64,000 nucleotides of DNA, from NCBI GenBank assembly GCA_002633005.1, contig NMRA01000145.1:213898-277897 (forward strand), read 5' to 3'. The stretch is from Phoronis australis (Eukaryota; Animalia; Phoronida). Under the pieces are notes generated by a model. The model was given only the letters and a program-made list of their open reading frames with translations. It made no database searches and had not been told where the DNA came from. Both the position numbers and the translations under genes were made by a program. This document shows positions 59,776 to 64,000 of this stretch, in pieces (the first letter of the stretch is position 1; every line of letters begins with the position of its first letter).

Positions 59776-60861
59776 GTTGACTGACTAGTAAATGAAAGCA
59801 AACGGCGACGGAACTTAACACAACCGAGGTAGAACAATGACTGACTCGGCAGCTCTCACAGTCAGACTATATGAAAAGAAATTGGCGCGAAATGCTTGCC
59901 TCCTAAAACGTCACTCCCGCAGTAGCGGACGAGTAATTAATAAAATTACTTAAAGCTGTAATTAAGTGGAACATATGTCTAGGATAACCAACCAACCTTA
60001 TTTTAGCTCAAAATGACATGGAAAAAGGTTGCCTTCGCCTTTAAATGGTGAAGCATGAACCACAGCGTCACGTCTTCGTAAATTCGCTGAGTCAATGGGA
60101 AGACCACTAGGATCTTTATTTGGAACAGGGGGTCCAAACTCGCATGAGCAGGGTTTTGTCTCGGAGTTGGGTCAAACTTCAGAACAATCTCTCGCTATAA
60201 TGTCGCCTGTTGTGTTTTGTAAGTTCAGCCATGCCCGTCTATGAAAGTTGTATTTTCGGACATCTGCCGTCGATAAACCCACCACCGCAACCACCACCAC
60301 TACCACCACCACCGATAACGTATTTACAGCTCAAATAACAATAAGATTGTCTTTAAAATATTTTTTGTTTCCCCTCATCCTGCACTCATTCTTCTTTTTC
60401 TTATTGAGGCTCCCTCATTTTTGTTGCAGAGATATCAGAAGCTCACTTGTTTTTCTCCTTATTTGTATATCTGGATGACCTTGAGCAAATCAGCAAAAAG
60501 ATTCATTATTAAAGTAGGGCGTTTAAGCGTAAGTTTACATAGACTGCAATTTAACTTCAAGGACAGATTAACCAATGTTATGTGCATTGTAAGTGGCGAA
60601 AACTGAGGATGACCGATGAATCCTAAGAAAATTAAAATGATTGTTTTTAGACGTGGCGGCTACCTATTAGATATTGCGATAACTAGACACTGCTTGGTAA
60701 AGTTTATTTATAGCCGGGTTCTGGATATAAACAAGTTATCATTAGCGCAAGTGTTAGTTCCTGACAATGAAACTATATACAAATATTTTTAAACGTTAAT
60801 AACAGCACCGACCCAAAAGAGGAGGCTCTATTACCTACAGAGGGAGTACTGGTAGTAGTAA

Positions 60862-61000
60862 AATTTCGCCGCAAACGATTACTTTACACCGTTAAATTAC
60901 GCCGCAAATAATTAATTTACGCTGCAAATGATTAATTTACGAAGCAAATAATTAATTTACGCCACTAATAAGAATTAATTTACGAACGTAATTTTACGAC
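60862..61000 (+). repeat. ~20-bp minisatellite (aattaatttacgccgcaaat), about six degenerate copies
   Basis: Repeated aatttacgcngcaaat units at 60862-61000, upstream of the TPR-TIR coding exon. Confidence 0.7.
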
Positions 61001-61623
61001 GACACTTTCACGCTTTGGTGACGTTGCAAAACATGATTGTTGTGCATTGTTGTTTAGGACACACTAGCTGCCTCGTTTTAGTATCAATTTTATCAACGCA
61101 AACGTGAAAGCGCACGAGCTCCAAACATCATTGCAGAATCGTTGTAGTTTGAATACAACACCTCTTTTTCAACTGCATAATGGCGACTCGTGCAATGACC
61201 AATGAGCTATCAACCACGTGACAATGGAATTGACGTCTATATTTTGGAAAGTCGATCACGTGAGTTGACTAGCCTGTTAGGTGTCACTTCAGGGCTGCAC
61301 ATTTACTAGGAACAAGCACCAACGCAGTGTGTGCCCACGGATTTTAATGTGTTGCCGTTACCAAATGGATATCAACATGGAATTAAAATGAGTACTGTGA
61401 TGAGGGAACCAATCTGTGCCCTTGTTGGGAGGCCGAGCCTTCGTTGCTAAGTTTCCGTACTTGACGTCATTTTTATGACTAACCATAAGCCATGCTATGA
61501 TACAAATTTAGCTACTATATTGACTTTGCCGTTGCTGATGGTTTATCTTCTTTCAACGACAGCGTGGTATCTGTTGGAGGCGTAAATGTAATTATCCATA
61601 GTGTTTGATGTTTCAGGAACACC

Positions 61624-63357
61624 ATGACTGAAAGAGAAGTTTTCAATAAACTTCGTAAAGATGGCATCAATTGCATTTTCACTTGCCGTTTCCTGCAGAA
61701 CATGAACGATTCATTTGAGAAGAGTCTCCGACGCTTCTCAAGAGAAATAGAAAAAGATCCAATGGCTCGAAGACGCCCCGTGATGCTTTTGCTGGGATAC
61801 TTAAATTTCAAAGTCACCAAGTACCCTGACGCCATAGACTGGTTTAATCAGGTTCTTAAAGAAGATCCAAATAATTTGAATGCCTTACTTAGCTTAGTAT
61901 TCATTTACGACATAATGAAAATAAATAGAAACTCCGAAGAACAAGAAATAAAAATCGATGACATTCTTGTCAACGAGTCTTTGGTGGAAACGTCCAAAGC
62001 ATGCGCCAAATATGAACTCGCAGCCGTCTTGGCGACCGTTGATGCTCATCTGCAGACAGATGGCGTATCGACAGCTGAAAAACTTTTTCAGCAAGCATTG
62101 GAGTGCAATGAAGTTCCTGACATTGACCGAAAAGAATGGGAATTTGGTTATGCCTTCTTTTGCTTTAATGTTGATACCTACAATGGACACAAATCCTCTG
62201 AATATTTCGAAAAATCCATGGAGTATTTCTATCGGATTGTTAACTGGAATGAACCACCCGTGAACGAGAACAACTGGACCCGAAAACACGCAGAGAGATT
62301 AAATGACGTAGTTGCAAAAGCATGGTGTTTCATGGGTTCTCTTGTATCCAAACAGGGGCGGTTTCAAAAATACAAAAATCTTAAAGACGTGTTAGGACAC
62401 AATTGTGCTGACGACCATTCGAGATTCACGTTGAAAGATTGTATGGACCAAGCCAATGCCAGAGCGAAGGTTTCTAATGAAGCTTTCATTTGCAGAAGAG
62501 TCGGTTCCTCTTATTTATACATGGGGAACGTGAATGAAGCCGAAGAGTATGTGATGAAAGGTGTTCGACTGGATAAGGACAATGCCTATGGCCACATGTT
62601 GGTTGGAAGATTTAAGTTAGAGCAGTATAAAAGGTTTCAAAATAACTTCGAGCGCATCGACATCCTTGATGAGGCAATAAAAAACACGTCACTTGCCATA
62701 GAAATGGGTTTCACTGGGTGGAAATGTTATCTACAGCTTGCCAAAGCTCAATTCTTGAAAAGAGAATATATTCACGCCATTACAAATTGCAATTTGTCAC
62801 TGTGTAACGGTGGAAAGTCGAAAAGTCAACTATTCAAATTGTGGGCGGACATTCTTGAGAAAATGGGTGATCGGAAAAGTGCGAAGGAAATGAGGGAAAA
62901 GGCTCGTATGGTCGACGAAGGTAAAGATAATGACGAAGAAATGCGCTGTTTTGGTGCCATATACAATGACGATGATGTTGTCAAAGTTGCAAGTTTTGTA
63001 GACGTTTTAGAGAAAAATTTGCACCGACGATGCTATTTTCCCGAGCGGGACACGACGTGCGGTGATGACTTAGTAGAGGCTTGGGGGAAAATTGATAAGA
63101 CATGCAATATCGTGCTTGTTTTCTGTGGTAATGGGGAGTTCGAATCATGTGCCAAAATCGCATTAAGCAGCATTATAACTAACAGGTGCAAAAGGCGAGA
63201 GGCCAGTTCAATAGTGCCTGTTTTACTACCGGGTTGCAAAGAAGCCCCCGACTTGTTAGCGGCTAATAAGCCCGTGGTGTATGATGGATCGGATGGGTTT
63301 GTGGAGGAGCTAAGAAAAAAATTGTCCCTGCGGCGAATTGCACTTAAGGAAACATAA
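61624..63357 (+). CDS. TPR-repeat (IFIT/TTC22-like) protein with C-terminal TIR-like domain, 577 aa, single coding exon
   Basis: Uninterrupted 1734-nt ORF, Kozak-like accATG, acceptor tttcag at 61611-61616. TPR units LLLGYLNFKVTKYPDAIDWFNQVLKEDPNNLNALLSL, VGSSYLYMGNVNEAEEYVMKGVRLDKDNAYGHMLVG, CYLQLAKAQFLKREYIHA, LWADILEKMGDRKSAKEM. C-terminal ~135 aa with TIR pattern FGAIYNDDD...LEKNLHRRCYFPERDTTCG...IVLVF...IVPVLL...P..L...FVEELRKKL. Confidence 0.88.
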   Translation: MTEREVFNKLRKDGINCIFTCRFLQNMNDSFEKSLRRFSREIEKDPMARRRPVMLLLGYLNFKVTKYPDAIDWFNQVLKEDPNNLNALLSLVFIYDIMKINRNSEEQEIKIDDILVNESLVETSKACAKYELAAVLATVDAHLQTDGVSTAEKLFQQALECNEVPDIDRKEWEFGYAFFCFNVDTYNGHKSSEYFEKSMEYFYRIVNWNEPPVNENNWTRKHAERLNDVVAKAWCFMGSLVSKQGRFQKYKNLKDVLGHNCADDHSRFTLKDCMDQANARAKVSNEAFICRRVGSSYLYMGNVNEAEEYVMKGVRLDKDNAYGHMLVGRFKLEQYKRFQNNFERIDILDEAIKNTSLAIEMGFTGWKCYLQLAKAQFLKREYIHAITNCNLSLCNGGKSKSQLFKLWADILEKMGDRKSAKEMREKARMVDEGKDNDEEMRCFGAIYNDDDVVKVASFVDVLEKNLHRRCYFPERDTTCGDDLVEAWGKIDKTCNIVLVFCGNGEFESCAKIALSSIITNRCKRREASSIVPVLLPGCKEAPDLLAANKPVVYDGSDGFVEELRKKLSLRRIALKET

Positions 63358-64000
63358 TCGGCGAGAAAAGTGCATGCAAGGATCATCCTCAGCGCGTCCG
63401 TAGTATAACGTTATGCTGGAGTAGCTAAGACCCCCCCCCGATAAATGGCAATGAGGATATTTCAAGCGTATTTAACTGGTCTATTTACCGATTTTGATTT
63501 CAGCGAATGTTTGACAGACATCGGTGAGAATCAGTGCTTTTTACAAACTCACAAAAACAACGGATTTATTGTTTTATTGATGTGGTCAAAACTAATATCT
63601 TCAATGCTAAATTTGTTTTGTTCCGGTAAACTGTTTTATGCACTCAGGCTTTAATTTGATAATTGTTGTCTTGTATTCAGGTGCTTGTTGTCATACGTGT
63701 ATGTGTTGCTAGGTAAGTGTAGCAAAGTTCATACAGTGTAAATTAAAACATGTGAAACTTTGATAATTATGCGTTTGTGGTAACCGTCATATATTGTGTT
63801 CATGGTGAAGAGGTTATACAAGAAAGCCGCTTATTTTGTTTGCTTGTGTTTATAAAGTTTTTGACCCAGCAATTGTATTTGATTGTCTTCGTCGGTTCCG
63901 CCAAGTAGGAGAACCAATGCGATGTCAATCTTTCTTTTGTTAGATATCACGACACAACGCCAGTTATCTTTCACGCTGAATGAATACGTTAATGTACATT

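Larger units (their letters stand above)
58349..60040. mobile_element. Kolobok-type DNA transposon, internally deleted (non-autonomous), ~150-bp TIRs
   Basis: ctaa|AGGAGAAGGCAACCTTTTTCCATGTCATTTTGAGC ... GCTCAAAATGACATGGAAAAAGGTTGCCTTCGCCT|ttaa; TIRs ~58349-58497 and ~59892-60040. TTAA-type target, RR..YY ends and two convergent genes are Kolobok hallmarks. Confidence 0.85.

Noticed and set aside
60862-61000. Regular short repeats that could suggest a CRISPR array (also the 65-bp and ~150-bp repeats elsewhere)
   Set aside because: Head-to-tail degenerate units without unique spacers, no cas genes, and an animal genomic context.
60050-61620. Interferon-stimulated-element-like (GAAANNGAAA) motifs upstream of the IFIT-like gene
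   Set aside because: Only isolated GAAA half-sites were seen; no convincing tandem ISRE by eye.
61894-63386. Antisense and alternative-frame ORFs overlapping the TPR-TIR gene (and likewise the GPCR)
   Set aside because: Shadow ORFs of real coding sequence with no recognisable motifs.

Overview
Animal genomic DNA (AT-rich, GT-AG introns, probably a marine invertebrate; species not determinable) from a heterozygous draft assembly. Single n's at 513, 6566, 7918, 11026, 21745, 54689 and 55382 and an N-gap at 42106-42435 mark contig joins, several flanked by duplicated haplotype copies. Genes spliced by hand with consistent exon phases: the 3' end of a bMERB-domain (MICAL-like-type) gene (+, 711-3599); a complete 9-coding-exon ERLIN gene (-, 13360-21489, 325 aa); a 9-exon histidine-rich multipass membrane protein of unknown function (-, 25882-32939, 504 aa); a signal-peptide C-type lectin gene running into the gap (-, 42832-45825); an intronless rhodopsin-class GPCR (+, 48615-49652); and a single-coding-exon 577-aa protein with an IFIT/TTC22-like TPR array fused to a C-terminal TIR-like domain (+, 61624-63357). 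Mobile DNA includes an internally deleted Kolobok-type transposon carrying THAP and P2X7-ballast-like ORFs (58349-60040), a Helentron/HINE-like element with about ten co-oriented CTCF-like motifs (52464-54243), a presence/absence Harbinger-type MITE, CA..TG MITEs with 5-bp TSDs (one family carrying a tRNA-like cassette) and LINE fragments. The most interesting candidates are the TPR-TIR immune-sensor-like gene, the Kolobok deletion derivative next to it and the His-rich membrane protein. All family calls rest on recalled motifs; no database searches were run.
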